A stretch of DNA of 64,000 nucleotides, from NCBI GenBank assembly GCA_041660025.1, contig JBAZXD010000001.1:236162-300161 (forward strand). Reading direction: 5' to 3'. The translations under genes and the position numbers were made by a program. The notes beneath the pieces are model-generated. The model saw only the letters and a list, made by a program, of their open reading frames with translations. It did no database searches and had not been told where the DNA came from. Positions 18,631 through 27,882 of the stretch are shown piece by piece. Each line of letters starts with the position of its first letter. The first letter of the stretch is position 1. This stretch comes from Minisyncoccota bacterium. GTDB taxonomy: Bacteria > Patescibacteriota > Minisyncoccia > Phycocordibacterales > Phycocordibacteraceae.

Positions 18631-19053
18631 CTACCAGACGATTTGCCACTTGATACCGAACGGACCGAATATACCGCTTCTTTCGTGCCCCTCGTCGTGT
18701 CCGGGAGGTTTCTCACAGCAGAATCCGGTCGATGGCCCAGTGCCGACCTCGACGGAGAGCACGGTCTTATCGCTCAAAAAACTATATTTTTCTCCCGGAA
18801 GCAGTACCGGTAGCGGAGGTACACGCACCCAGTGAGCACAACGTTTACCAAGGGGGGGTGCATCTGATATGCCTGATTTTTCGACCAGGTACTGCTCGCC
18901 GAGATACTCCCAGTCGATTGAAACCGGAAATCCACGGTGCAAATCTTTTGCGATGACGGAATGCTCGTTCTTGTGGCCGAGTTCTCTTTCGCAGAACGCG
19001 AGAAAGAACCCGTTTGAAGCATTAATAACGCAGGGAGCCTTGCAAAGCATCAT
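18631..19053 (-). CDS. hypothetical protein
   Basis: 140-aa ORF with GGAGG 5 nt upstream; ends at the shared terminator. Confidence 0.55.
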   Translation of the reverse strand: MMLCKAPCVINASNGFFLAFCERELGHKNEHSVIAKDLHRGFPVSIDWEYLGEQYLVEKSGISDAPPLGKRCAHWVRVPPLPVLLPGEKYSFLSDKTVLSVEVGTGPSTGFCCEKPPGHDEGHERSGIFGPFGIKWQIVW

Positions 19054-19135
19054 TGGAGCCTCCGTGAAGTGGTGATTGTGATTTCTGGCGGAACAACTGA
19101 CCGCATAGTATAGTGTAGAGTCCGTATGTCAAGAT

Positions 19136-21190
19136 ATGGCTAATTTCAAATTACATCTTCCATTTCAGCCGGCGGGGGATCAGCCGCAAGCGATAGAGAA
19201 ACTTGAGCAAGGACTCGAGAAGGGTTTGCGCCATCAGACGCTTTTCGGCGTGACCGGCTCGGGCAAGACATTCACTGTTGCGAACGTCATAGCTTCGAAC
19301 GATAAGCCGACCTTGGTGCTCGCGCACAACAAGACGCTCGCGGCGCAGCTCGCGCAGGAGTATCGGGAATTTTTCCCCGAGAACGCGGTGCACTATTTCG
19401 TCTCGTACTACGACTACTATCAGCCGGAGGCGTACATCGCTCACTCGGATACCTATATAGAGAAGGAGGCGATGATCAACGCCGAGATAGACCGCCTGCG
19501 CCACGCGGCGACGCAGGCGCTTCTCACACGCAAGGACGTCATCATCGTCGCCTCGGTCTCCGCCATCTACGGCCTCGGTTCGCCGGAGGAATATCAGAAA
19601 GTGCACGTCAAGATAGAGAATGGTGCGGCGGAGAATCGCGCCGCGCTTATCCGCAAGCTCGTCGGCATCTACTTTGAGCGGACGAATGCGGACCTCAATC
19701 CGGGTCAGCTGCGTGCTATTGGCAATTCGCTTGAATTTATGCCGGTCAACGAGCGCGCCATCTTCCGCATCACCTTCGACGGCGACCGTATCGCATCAAT
19801 AGACCAGCTCGATCCGGTCTCACGCGCGAAGCTCCGTGAGCCCAAGTCGGTCTTCGTCTTTCCGGCGAAGCACTTCGTCACAAGCGAGGAGGAGCGCGAC
19901 CGCGCGATAGCGGACATTAGATTGGAACTTGAGGAACAGCTCGCGAAGTTCAAGCGCGAGGAGAAGCCGCTTGAAGCTGAACGCATCAAGCGCCGCACCC
20001 TCCACGACCTCGCGCTCATCCGCGAGCTCGGGTACACAAGCGGTATTGAAAATTATTCCCGCCACTTTGATGGGCGCGCTCCCGGCGAGCCGCCGCACAC
20101 GCTTCTCTCGTATTTCCCACACAAGAAAGACGGCTCGGCGGACTTCCTCACCGTCATAGACGAGTCGCACGTCACCGTCCCGCAGATTGGCGGTATGTAT
20201 GCGGGCGATAAGTCGCGCAAGGACAATCTCGTCGAGTATGGCTTCCGTCTCCCCTCGGCGCGCGACAATCGGCCGCTCCGCTTTGAAGAGTTCGAGGAGC
20301 GCGTGGGACAAGTACTGTACACAAGCGCGACACCGGGGCCGTATGAAAAAGCGCACTCCGAACAGGTGGTGGAGCAGATAATCCGCCCGACTGGCCTTAT
20401 CGACCCCGAGCTTACGGTGCGTGCTGTGAGCGAGACGGGGAGCTGTCGAGGACAAATCGCCGATTTCATTAGTGAGGCGGAGATAGTTATCAAGCGCGGC
20501 GGGCGCGCACTCGCGACCACGCTCACGAAGCAGATGGCCGAGGACCTCTCCTCGTTCCTGCGCGAGAAGGGAATCAAGGCCGAGTATCTCCACTCGGACG
20601 TGAAGACGATAGACCGCATCGATATCCTCACGAATTTCCGCAAAGGCACTTTCGATATTCTCGTTGGCGTGAACTTGCTTCGCGAAGGGCTCGACTTGCC
20701 GGAAGTGGAACTCGTGGGCATCCTGGATGCCGACAAAGAAGGGTTCCTTCGATCCGAAACAAGCTTGATCCAGACCATCGGGCGCGCGGCGCGCAACGTG
20801 CTTGGCCGCGTCATCCTCTATGCCGACGTGATGACCGGTTCGCTGGAAAAGGCTATCAGCGAGACGAATCGTCGCCGCGCGCTCCAGATGGCATACAACG
20901 AGAAACACGGCATCACGCCGCTGACCATCAAGAAAGAGATCCGCGACATCGCCGCCTCGATGCGCACTGAGCATCAGCGCACCATCGACGAGCTCCTCGT
21001 GCTCGACACGATTGCATACAAAGACGATCCGAAAGATTTTATAAAGCGTAAGAGGGAAGAGATGGCGGAAGCGGTCGAGCAACTGGACTTTGAGACGGCT
21101 GCCCTCATCCGCGACGAAATATATAAACTCGAAGGCACCGGCCCTAAGGCTCGCAAACCCCGCACCCGCAAACCGCTTTCTGGGGCTTGA
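19136..21190 (+). CDS. uvrB: excinuclease ABC subunit B
   Basis: PAGDQPQAI, GVTGSGKT, YFVSYYDYYQPEAY, IDESH, NLLREGLDLPEV, LDFETAA UVR domain. Confidence 0.98.
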   Translation: MANFKLHLPFQPAGDQPQAIEKLEQGLEKGLRHQTLFGVTGSGKTFTVANVIASNDKPTLVLAHNKTLAAQLAQEYREFFPENAVHYFVSYYDYYQPEAYIAHSDTYIEKEAMINAEIDRLRHAATQALLTRKDVIIVASVSAIYGLGSPEEYQKVHVKIENGAAENRAALIRKLVGIYFERTNADLNPGQLRAIGNSLEFMPVNERAIFRITFDGDRIASIDQLDPVSRAKLREPKSVFVFPAKHFVTSEEERDRAIADIRLELEEQLAKFKREEKPLEAERIKRRTLHDLALIRELGYTSGIENYSRHFDGRAPGEPPHTLLSYFPHKKDGSADFLTVIDESHVTVPQIGGMYAGDKSRKDNLVEYGFRLPSARDNRPLRFEEFEERVGQVLYTSATPGPYEKAHSEQVVEQIIRPTGLIDPELTVRAVSETGSCRGQIADFISEAEIVIKRGGRALATTLTKQMAEDLSSFLREKGIKAEYLHSDVKTIDRIDILTNFRKGTFDILVGVNLLREGLDLPEVELVGILDADKEGFLRSETSLIQTIGRAARNVLGRVILYADVMTGSLEKAISETNRRRALQMAYNEKHGITPLTIKKEIRDIAASMRTEHQRTIDELLVLDTIAYKDDPKDFIKRKREEMAEAVEQLDFETAALIRDEIYKLEGTGPKARKPRTRKPLSGA

Positions 21191-21253
21191 CAGATAAGGT
21201 ATATGTGATATCCTGCCTTATACAGGAACGTTCCTGATTGACTGGAGTGTCTG

Positions 21254-21442
21254 ATGATGATGAAGACTTATGACCTCGTGTACAGGGCAACAATAACATC
21301 CACGGATTCAAACGAAGAAGGACTCCGAGGCCTTGAATCCAAGGTTTCGCAAGCGGCTCTCCTTACAATTGCCGCATCGAAGTCGGTCTCGAATTTCAAA
21401 TTCGAGAACTGTACAATTACAGAAAAGAAAAAAGAATCGTAG
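21254..21442 (+). CDS. small hypothetical protein (62 aa) with its own promoter and terminator
   Basis: TTGACA at 21187, GGAG SD, hairpin plus T-run at ~21483-21522. Confidence 0.55.
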   Translation: MMMKTYDLVYRATITSTDSNEEGLRGLESKVSQAALLTIAASKSVSNFKFENCTITEKKKES

Positions 21443-21570
21443 CGTTCTCTGCGACGTTGTGTGCATCCATCTCGTGTTCATCCGCCGGCCCAAAGATATT
21501 CTGGGGTCGGCGTTCTCTTTTTGTGGTACAATCCACCTCGTACCTGCCCCGCCACGGGCAGGAAATTTGC

Positions 21571-24267
21571 ATGCCAAAACCCCTTAAATCAACAGCAAAA
21601 GAGGAGCCCCGCGAGATAGCCGCAGACGGCATCTCACGGGGTAGACGCCAGCACAAGCACGGGAGCGACTGGCTCCGCGTGAAGGGTGCGCGCACCCATA
21701 ATCTAAAAAATATTTCAGTAGAGATGCCGCGCGGCGCGATGACGGTCATCACCGGTCTCTCGGGGAGCGGGAAGTCCTCTCTCGCCTTCGACACTATCTT
21801 TGCTGAGGGTCAGCGGCGTTATGTCGAATCGCTCTCCGCCTACGCGCGCCAATTTTTGAACCAGATGGCGAAGCCGGACGTGGACGAGATCGTCGGCCTC
21901 TCGCCCGCGATTTCTATAGACCAGAAGAGCCGTTCCAATAATCCGCGCTCCACAGTCGCCACCGTCACCGAAATCTATGACTACCTGCGCGTGCTCTACG
22001 CGCGCGCGGGCCAGCCGTACTGCATCCACCACGACGTGCCCATCGTCCGGCTCTCCAAGGAAGAGATGATTAAGATGGTGTTCGCGCGCGTGGAGGCGAA
22101 ACGGAAGGTGAGTAGCACGAGTGTCATGGGCGTCGCCGTCGATAAAACTGCGGTGACTATCTACGCGCCGGTCGTCGTCGGGAGAAAGGGCGAATACTAT
22201 CAGCTTCTCTACGACCTCCTCGGCAAGGGATACGAAAAGGTCGTCGTGGACGGGAAAGTGCACTCGCTGCGCGAGAAGATAGTTATGGAGCGCAATAAGA
22301 TGCACAGCATCGATGCGGTCGTCGACAGTATTTTCGTTTCTGAATTTGCGCGCACGACTGCGGGCGCGCGCGAGCGGCTCTCGGAGGCGCTTGAGCTGGC
22401 GCTGAAGCAGGCGGACGGCCTGGTGAAGATCAAGCACGCCGACGGCACGCTCGAGACGCTCTCGTCGAAGTTTATCTGTCCCGACGACGGCGCGTCGTTC
22501 CCAGAAGTGGAACCACGCCTGTTCTCCTTCAACTCGCCCTACGGAGCGTGCCCGGCCTGCCACGGTCTCGGCACCGAATCGCTTTTCTCCGAAGAGGTGT
22601 GTCCGGTCTGCGAAGGGAAGCGTCTCCGCCCCGAAGCGCTCCGCGTGTATCTCAAGAGCAAAAAAGATAAGACGCTCGGGAAAAGCATTGTGGATTTCAC
22701 CAATATGTCGATACGGGAGGCGAAGGAGTTCGTCGATTCCATCGAGCTCTCGGAAATGAAGAAAGATATCGCCGCACCTATTCTCAAAGAGATCGATGCT
22801 CGTCTGACCTTTATGCTCAACGTCGGCCTTGATTACCTTACGCTCAACCGCTCGGCGGCGACGCTCTCCGGCGGAGAAGCTCAGCGCATCCGGCTCGCCT
22901 CTCAGCTCGGGAGCGGGCTCACGGGCGCGCTCTACGTGCTCGACGAGCCGACCATCGGGCTCCATCAGCGCGACAATGACCGCCTCATCAAGACACTGCT
23001 CATATTGAAAGAGCTTGGGAATACCATCATTGTCGTGGAGCATGATGAAGAGACCATTTTCTCCTCCGATTATTTGATAGATATCGGTCCTGGCGCGGGT
23101 GTGCACGGCGGAAATGTTGTCGTGTCGGGTTGGCTTGATGACCTCTTGAAGGCGAAGGAAAACGAGAGCGGCTCGCTCACGCTCGCGTATATACGGGAGG
23201 AAAAAGAAATTCCCGTGCCGGAGACGCGCCGCACGAGCGAGAAGGGCTGGCTGAAAGTGCGCGGCGCGACGTTGCATAATCTCGTGAACCAGAATGTCGA
23301 TGTACCACTCGGAAAACTTGTCTGCATTACGGGCGTCTCGGGGAGCGGGAAGTCCACGTTCTTGTATGACATTCTGCACCGCAATATTGCCAGCAGATTC
23401 GCTCGCCGCGAAGCGAAACTTGAACACGTCGCTTCGCTTACCGGCACTGAATACGTCGGCCGCGCGGTACTCATCGACCAGTCGCCTATCGGCCGCACGC
23501 CGCGCTCTAATCCCGCGACCTACACCGGCGCCTTCACCCACATCCGCGACCTCTTCGCCGCCACTTCCGAGTCCCGCGCGCGGGGCTGGAAGCCGGGGCG
23601 ATTCTCCTTCAACGTCCCGGGCGGTCGCTGTGAAGCCTGTCAGGGCAACGGTTCTATCGCGGTGGAGATGCACTTCCTCCCGACGGTATACGTTACCTGC
23701 GACATCTGTATGGGTAAACGTTTTATGAAGGAAACGCTTGAAGTGACGTTCCGCGGCAAGAACATCTACGATGTACTCCAGATGACGGTGGAGGAGGCGG
23801 AGAAATTCTTCGGCGATATCCCGGCAATCGCCGATCGCCTGATGAGCCTGAACTCGACCGGGCTCCAGTACCTCACGCTCGGCCAGAGTGCGACGACGCT
23901 CTCGGGCGGGGAAGCTCAGCGCGTGAAGATAGCGAGCGAGCTGTACCGCTCGATGCCGATGAAGACCATCTATCTCCTCGACGAGCCGACGGTCGGTCTC
24001 CACTACGAGGATGTGAAGAAGCTCATCGAGATACTGCAGGAGCTCGTGCGGCGCGGGAACACGGTCGTCGTCATCGAGCACAATCTCGATGTCATCAAGA
24101 GTTCAGATTACGTCATTGACTTCGGCCCCGAGGGTGGTGCCGGCGGCGGTAAAATCATCGCGAAAGGCACGCCCGAAGAAGTCGCCGATACCGAAGGTTC
24201 CTACACGGGCGAGTATCTGGAGAAAGTTCTCCGACGCCATGCAAAAAAGCAACCTACAAAGGAGTAA
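21571..24267 (+). CDS. uvrA: excinuclease ABC subunit A
   Basis: [22 protein letters not shown], two LSGGEAQR signatures, [17 protein letters not shown] finger. Confidence 0.98.
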   Translation: MPKPLKSTAKEEPREIAADGISRGRRQHKHGSDWLRVKGARTHNLKNISVEMPRGAMTVITGLSGSGKSSLAFDTIFAEGQRRYVESLSAYARQFLNQMAKPDVDEIVGLSPAISIDQKSRSNNPRSTVATVTEIYDYLRVLYARAGQPYCIHHDVPIVRLSKEEMIKMVFARVEAKRKVSSTSVMGVAVDKTAVTIYAPVVVGRKGEYYQLLYDLLGKGYEKVVVDGKVHSLREKIVMERNKMHSIDAVVDSIFVSEFARTTAGARERLSEALELALKQADGLVKIKHADGTLETLSSKFICPDDGASFPEVEPRLFSFNSPYGACPACHGLGTESLFSEEVCPVCEGKRLRPEALRVYLKSKKDKTLGKSIVDFTNMSIREAKEFVDSIELSEMKKDIAAPILKEIDARLTFMLNVGLDYLTLNRSAATLSGGEAQRIRLASQLGSGLTGALYVLDEPTIGLHQRDNDRLIKTLLILKELGNTIIVVEHDEETIFSSDYLIDIGPGAGVHGGNVVVSGWLDDLLKAKENESGSLTLAYIREEKEIPVPETRRTSEKGWLKVRGATLHNLVNQNVDVPLGKLVCITGVSGSGKSTFLYDILHRNIASRFARREAKLEHVASLTGTEYVGRAVLIDQSPIGRTPRSNPATYTGAFTHIRDLFAATSESRARGWKPGRFSFNVPGGRCEACQGNGSIAVEMHFLPTVYVTCDICMGKRFMKETLEVTFRGKNIYDVLQMTVEEAEKFFGDIPAIADRLMSLNSTGLQYLTLGQSATTLSGGEAQRVKIASELYRSMPMKTIYLLDEPTVGLHYEDVKKLIEILQELVRRGNTVVVIEHNLDVIKSSDYVIDFGPEGGAGGGKIIAKGTPEEVADTEGSYTGEYLEKVLRRHAKKQPTKE

Positions 24268-25483
24268 TCTGCCGGATGTGCCGGGCGTGTACCTCTTCAA
24301 GCAGGGGAGGAAAGTCTTGTACGTGGGCAAAGCGACGTCGCTCCGCGACCGCGTGCGAAGCTACTTTGACGATGACCTGATTGCGACGCGGGGGCCGCGC
24401 GTGGTGGATATGGTGACGAAGGCCGACCGCGTCGCGTTTGAAGCGACACCGACGGTGCTCGAGGCGCTCGTGCGCGAGGCGGCGCTCATCAAGAAGTACC
24501 TGCCGCACGCGAATGTGGATGGAAAGGACGACAAAACCTTTCTCTACGCGGTCATCACGCAGGAAGATATTCCGCGCGTGCTCGTCGTGCGCGGGAAGGA
24601 TCTGGATTTTAAGGCGAAACGAACGAGCGACGGACAGAAACTGAAGGCGCTTTACGGTCCGTTTCCGTCGGGGGCGCAGCTACGCGAGGGTCTGCGGCTT
24701 ATTCGACGCATCTTTCCATTTTTCGACACGCCGAAGCCGGTCGGGGTAAAAAGCAAACATCAGATAGCGCAGATAGAATTTAATACGCAGATTAAGCAGT
24801 ATCCACGCAGTTTCGATGCGAGAGAGTATCGGCGCACCATACGTCATGTGATGCTTTTCCTCAGCGGTCGCGGGAAAGAATTGCGCGTGACGCTTGAGAA
24901 AGAGATGCGGCAGGCGGCTCGAGAAGAACGTTTCGAAGACGCGGCAACCGCAAGGCGCGAACTCTTCGCACTCGACCACATCCAGGACGTCTCGCTCATC
25001 AAGGACGAGAGCCTCGAGGACGCGCGGCGCACAGCGGCGCGCGGAGTGCGCATCGAGGCCTATGACACGGCGCACCTCTCGGGCACGAACGCCATCGGCG
25101 TAATGACGGTTCTCATTGACGGCGTACCGAGTAAAAAAGAGTATCGAACTTTTAATATTCGCGGTGTAAAGAAAAATGATGACATAGCATCTCTGAAAGA
25201 AATTCTCTCACGTCGGCTCGCACATCCCGAATGGTCACTTCCGAGCGCCATCGTCGTGGACGGCGGTACGACACAGAAGAAAACGGCGGAAGCGGTTTTG
25301 AAGGAAGCCGGAGTTGTCATACCGGTTGCCGCAGTCGTGAAGGATGAGCGGCACCGTCCGCGTGAAGTCATCGCCGCAAGGGCGGCCCGCGTCTCCGAGG
25401 CGGACGCGGTTCTCGCGAATGCCGAGGCGCATCGTTTTTCGCTCGCGCGGCACCGCGCTATGCGTTCAAAAAGCCTACAGTAA
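24239..25483 (+). CDS. uvrC: excinuclease ABC subunit C (lacks the C-terminal HhH domain)
   Basis: LPDVPGVYLFK..LYVGKA..LRDRVRSYF GIY-YIG; UVR motif ERFEDAA; RIEAYDTAHLSG..YRTF..DGG RNase H-like domain. Confidence 0.92.
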   Translation: MQKSNLQRSNLPDVPGVYLFKQGRKVLYVGKATSLRDRVRSYFDDDLIATRGPRVVDMVTKADRVAFEATPTVLEALVREAALIKKYLPHANVDGKDDKTFLYAVITQEDIPRVLVVRGKDLDFKAKRTSDGQKLKALYGPFPSGAQLREGLRLIRRIFPFFDTPKPVGVKSKHQIAQIEFNTQIKQYPRSFDAREYRRTIRHVMLFLSGRGKELRVTLEKEMRQAAREERFEDAATARRELFALDHIQDVSLIKDESLEDARRTAARGVRIEAYDTAHLSGTNAIGVMTVLIDGVPSKKEYRTFNIRGVKKNDDIASLKEILSRRLAHPEWSLPSAIVVDGGTTQKKTAEAVLKEAGVVIPVAAVVKDERHRPREVIAARAARVSEADAVLANAEAHRFSLARHRAMRSKSLQ

Positions 25484-25564
25484 AAAGAGGAGAGTATATT
25501 GACACGAAAGTACTCATCTATAGTATGAGCGGGGGGAATGTCCCGATATCTACGGAGGTGTACC

Positions 25565-25969
25565 TTGGAGATGACAGTCGTTCTTATCAAACCCGACGCA
25601 GTTGAGATGGGTCTCACTGAGTCAATTATCAACCGCTACACTGCTGCAGGTCTGCGCGTATTTCGCCGCGGGAAGTATAGGATGACCCCGGATCAAGCGA
25701 AGCAGTTCTACGCCGAACACGAGAATCGTTTTTATTTCGCGGCGCTCATTCTTGCGATGACGAGCGGACCGATCGAAATGCTCATTCTTCACGGCGAGAA
25801 TGTCGTACAGCAGGTTCGTGAGATGAACGGGGCAACGGATCCGAATAAGGCGACTGCCGGGACCATTCGACATGATTTTCGAAGTGCCGGTGGACCGTTC
25901 AATACGGTACACGCCTCCGACAGTCTTGCTGCCGCATCTCGAGAATTTGACCTTCTCATGAAGTGGTAA
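25565..25969 (+). CDS. ndk: nucleoside diphosphate kinase
   Basis: IKPDAV, FYAEH, MTSGP, GATDP..A.AGTIR.DF, NTVHASDS; TTG start after GGAGGTG (alternative ATG at 25571). Confidence 0.95.
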   Translation: MEMTVVLIKPDAVEMGLTESIINRYTAAGLRVFRRGKYRMTPDQAKQFYAEHENRFYFAALILAMTSGPIEMLILHGENVVQQVREMNGATDPNKATAGTIRHDFRSAGGPFNTVHASDSLAAASREFDLLMKW

Positions 25970-26032
25970 GTCGAGATGCCGTGTGAAATGTCGCTCGCCA
26001 GGGCGGCATTTCTTTTTGTTATACTAAACTTT

Positions 26033-26995
26033 ATGCAAACCATCGTCGGAGTGTTGCGGGGAGGGCCGTCGCGCGAGCACGAAGTCTCACTCAAGACCGG
26101 TGCCGCAATGCTCGCAAATCTTCCCGAGGAACGATTCTCCGTGCGAGATATTTACATAGATCGGAACGGAGTCTGGCACGACCGCGGTCGCCCCGTGGAG
26201 CCTGAGCGCATTCTGCGGCAGCTCGACGCCGTTCTTATCGGGCTCCATGGCGAATATGGCGAGGACGGGGAAGTACAGAAGCTTCTTGAGCGATTTGGCG
26301 TCCCCTATGCCGGTGCGGACTCCTTCGGATCGTATCTTGCGATGCACAAGCTTATGGCGAAGGCGCGCGCGCAGGAAGCGGGACTGCTCACTCCAGCGTC
26401 TCACTTTGTCGAGCGCGCGACCGACGCCGAGGCGGCGGCGGGCGAGATTATCCGCACCTTCCATCAACCAGTCATAGTGAAGCCTATCGGCTGGGGCTCC
26501 TCGGTCGGCGTCTCTATCGTGGGCGGTTACGCGCCGGTGCTCGCCGCCATCGAAAATCTCTTTGCGGAGGGCGCGCCCGGCGTTCTCGTCGAAGAGCTCA
26601 TTCGCGGGAGGGAAGCGACCGCCGGCGTTGTCGAAGGGCTCCGTGGCGAGGCGCTCTACGCGCTCCCGGTTATCGAGATAATCCCACCCGAAGACGATTT
26701 TTATAGTTATGACTCGAAGTATTCCGGTGCAACTCGGCATGTATGTCCGGGAAATTTTTCTCGCGTCGCCGCCGAAGAACTCCAGCGGGCAGCAAAGGTG
26801 ATACACCGCGCTTTAGGACTCCGTCACTATTCGCGAAGTGATTTCATCGTCACGCCGAAGGGTATTTATTATCTCGAAACGAATACACTCCCCGGACTTA
26901 CGTCCGAATCGAATCTTCCGATATCCCTCGCCGCTGTCGGCGTCACCTTCCCCGACTTCCTCTCGCATCTGGTCAATCTCGCCCTCTCGCGGTAA
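26033..26995 (+). CDS. ddl: D-alanine--D-alanine ligase
   Basis: GGPSREHEVSLKTG, LHGEYGEDG, KPIGWGSSVGV, FYSYDSKY, RSDF, ETNTLPGLT. Confidence 0.96.
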   Translation: MQTIVGVLRGGPSREHEVSLKTGAAMLANLPEERFSVRDIYIDRNGVWHDRGRPVEPERILRQLDAVLIGLHGEYGEDGEVQKLLERFGVPYAGADSFGSYLAMHKLMAKARAQEAGLLTPASHFVERATDAEAAAGEIIRTFHQPVIVKPIGWGSSVGVSIVGGYAPVLAAIENLFAEGAPGVLVEELIRGREATAGVVEGLRGEALYALPVIEIIPPEDDFYSYDSKYSGATRHVCPGNFSRVAAEELQRAAKVIHRALGLRHYSRSDFIVTPKGIYYLETNTLPGLTSESNLPISLAAVGVTFPDFLSHLVNLALSR

Positions 26996-27006
26996 AGTCT
27001 TCAAAC

Positions 27007-27082
27007 GGGCCCTTAGCTCATCTGGTAGAGCGCCTCATTTGCAATGAGGAGGTAAGCGGTTCAAGTCCGCTAGGGTCCACCA
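27007..27082 (+). tRNA. tRNA-Ala(TGC), CCA encoded
   Basis: GGGCCCT/AGGGTCC with G3:U70; CCTCA-TT-TGC-AA-TGAGG. Confidence 0.97.
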
Positions 27083-27153
27083 AAGTTTTTGATTACATTC
27101 GGCTTTCCAATCTGGGAATCTAATCGGATATCTGCTATGGTAAAGTTGTGCTC

Positions 27154-27227
27154 GCGCTCCTAGCTCAGTTGGTTAGAGCGTACGCTTCACACGCGTAAGG
27201 TCGCAGGTTCGATCCCTGCGGAGCGCA
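27154..27227 (+). tRNA. tRNA-Val(CAC)
   Basis: GCGCTCC/GGAGCGC; TACGC-TT-CAC-AC-GCGTA; GCAGG-TTCGATC-CCTGC. Confidence 0.95.
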
Positions 27228-27246
27228 CACGGGAGGTGTTCTGTGT

Positions 27247-27317
27247 CGGGCCGGAGTATGCCGGTAGTACGTACGATTCGGGTTCGTATAGACCGGGTTC
27301 GATTCCCGGCGGCCCGA
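27247..27317 (+). tRNA. tRNA-Pro(CGG), non-canonical G at position 8
   Basis: CGGGCCG/CGGCCCG; TACGA-TT-CGG-GT-TCGTA; CCGGG-TTCGATT-CCCGG. Confidence 0.88.
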
Positions 27318-27333
27318 CAGAGAACGTCTCCTA

Positions 27334-27421
27334 ACGCGGGCTATAAGTAAGCTTGTATCTCCGCGTTCCGGAGAGAATAATCACGAGAAGACTCGTGTTA
27401 TTCTTCCTCCACGCGGGCTAT
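27334..27421 (+). mobile_element. miniature structured element 1, bounded by an 11-bp direct repeat of the tRNA-Pro(GGG) 5' end
   Basis: ACGCGGGCTAT at 27334 and 27411; internal GTATCTCCGCG and a long hairpin with an AAGA loop. Confidence 0.55.
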
Positions 27422-27484
27422 CGTATAATGGTAGTACGCATGGCTGGGGGTCATGCAGCCTGGGTTCGATTCCCAGTAGCCCGA
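27414..27484 (+). tRNA. tRNA-Pro(GGG)
   Basis: CGGGCTA/TAGCCCG; CATGG-CT-GGG-GG-TCATG; CTGGG-TTCGATT-CCCAG. Confidence 0.93.
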
Positions 27485-27520
27485 TGAAAATAATTTTCGA
27501 GCGTGGTAGCATATTCCGCA

Positions 27521-27616
27521 CGGGCCCGTATCTTCGCGGACTCGATACAGAACCCTCGTTCGGAGAAACTGAACGAGCGAAGACGTTCATTCAGTTTTCC
27601 TCACTTCGGGCCCGTA
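27521..27616 (+). mobile_element. miniature structured element 2, bounded by a 10-bp direct repeat of the tRNA-Ala(CGC) 5' end
   Basis: CGGGCCCGTA at 27521 and 27607; GTATCTTCGCG and a long hairpin with an AAGA loop. Confidence 0.55.
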
Positions 27617-27680
27617 GCTCATCTGGTAGAGCGCGTCATTCGCATTGACGAGGTAAGCGGTTCAAGTCCGCTCGGGTCCA
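27608..27680 (+). tRNA. tRNA-Ala(CGC)
   Basis: GGGCCCG/CGGGTCC with G3:U70; CGTCA-TT-CGC-AT-TGACG. Confidence 0.96.
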
Positions 27681-27882
27681 CATAATAGGAAAGCGCAACA
27701 AAACGGCCACTTCTGGCTTGTACTTTCCCGCTGTGTGGTCTATTCTTGAAATAGCTCGGACTTTCGCCGCCGGTGGGGTGGTGGCGAGTACCTCTGCTGA
27801 AAACCGCAAAAGAGCCCGAGGAAACATCGGCTCGAACCGTGTAGTGTGAGGAAAAGAAAATTTCTTATTCATACAATTCAAT

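Noticed and set aside
21715-24081. 788-aa antisense ORF over uvrA, and similar long antisense ORFs (11217-12353, 19820-21082, 52082-53644, 58741-59973, 60206-61105)
   Set aside because: Shadow frames caused by GC3-rich codon usage of well-identified genes; no recognisable motifs or start signals.
27334-27413. tRNA intron (group I or BHB type)
   Set aside because: The downstream tRNAs are complete without splicing; the inserts are too short for group I cores and show no clear bulge-helix-bulge. Reported instead as duplicated-end elements.
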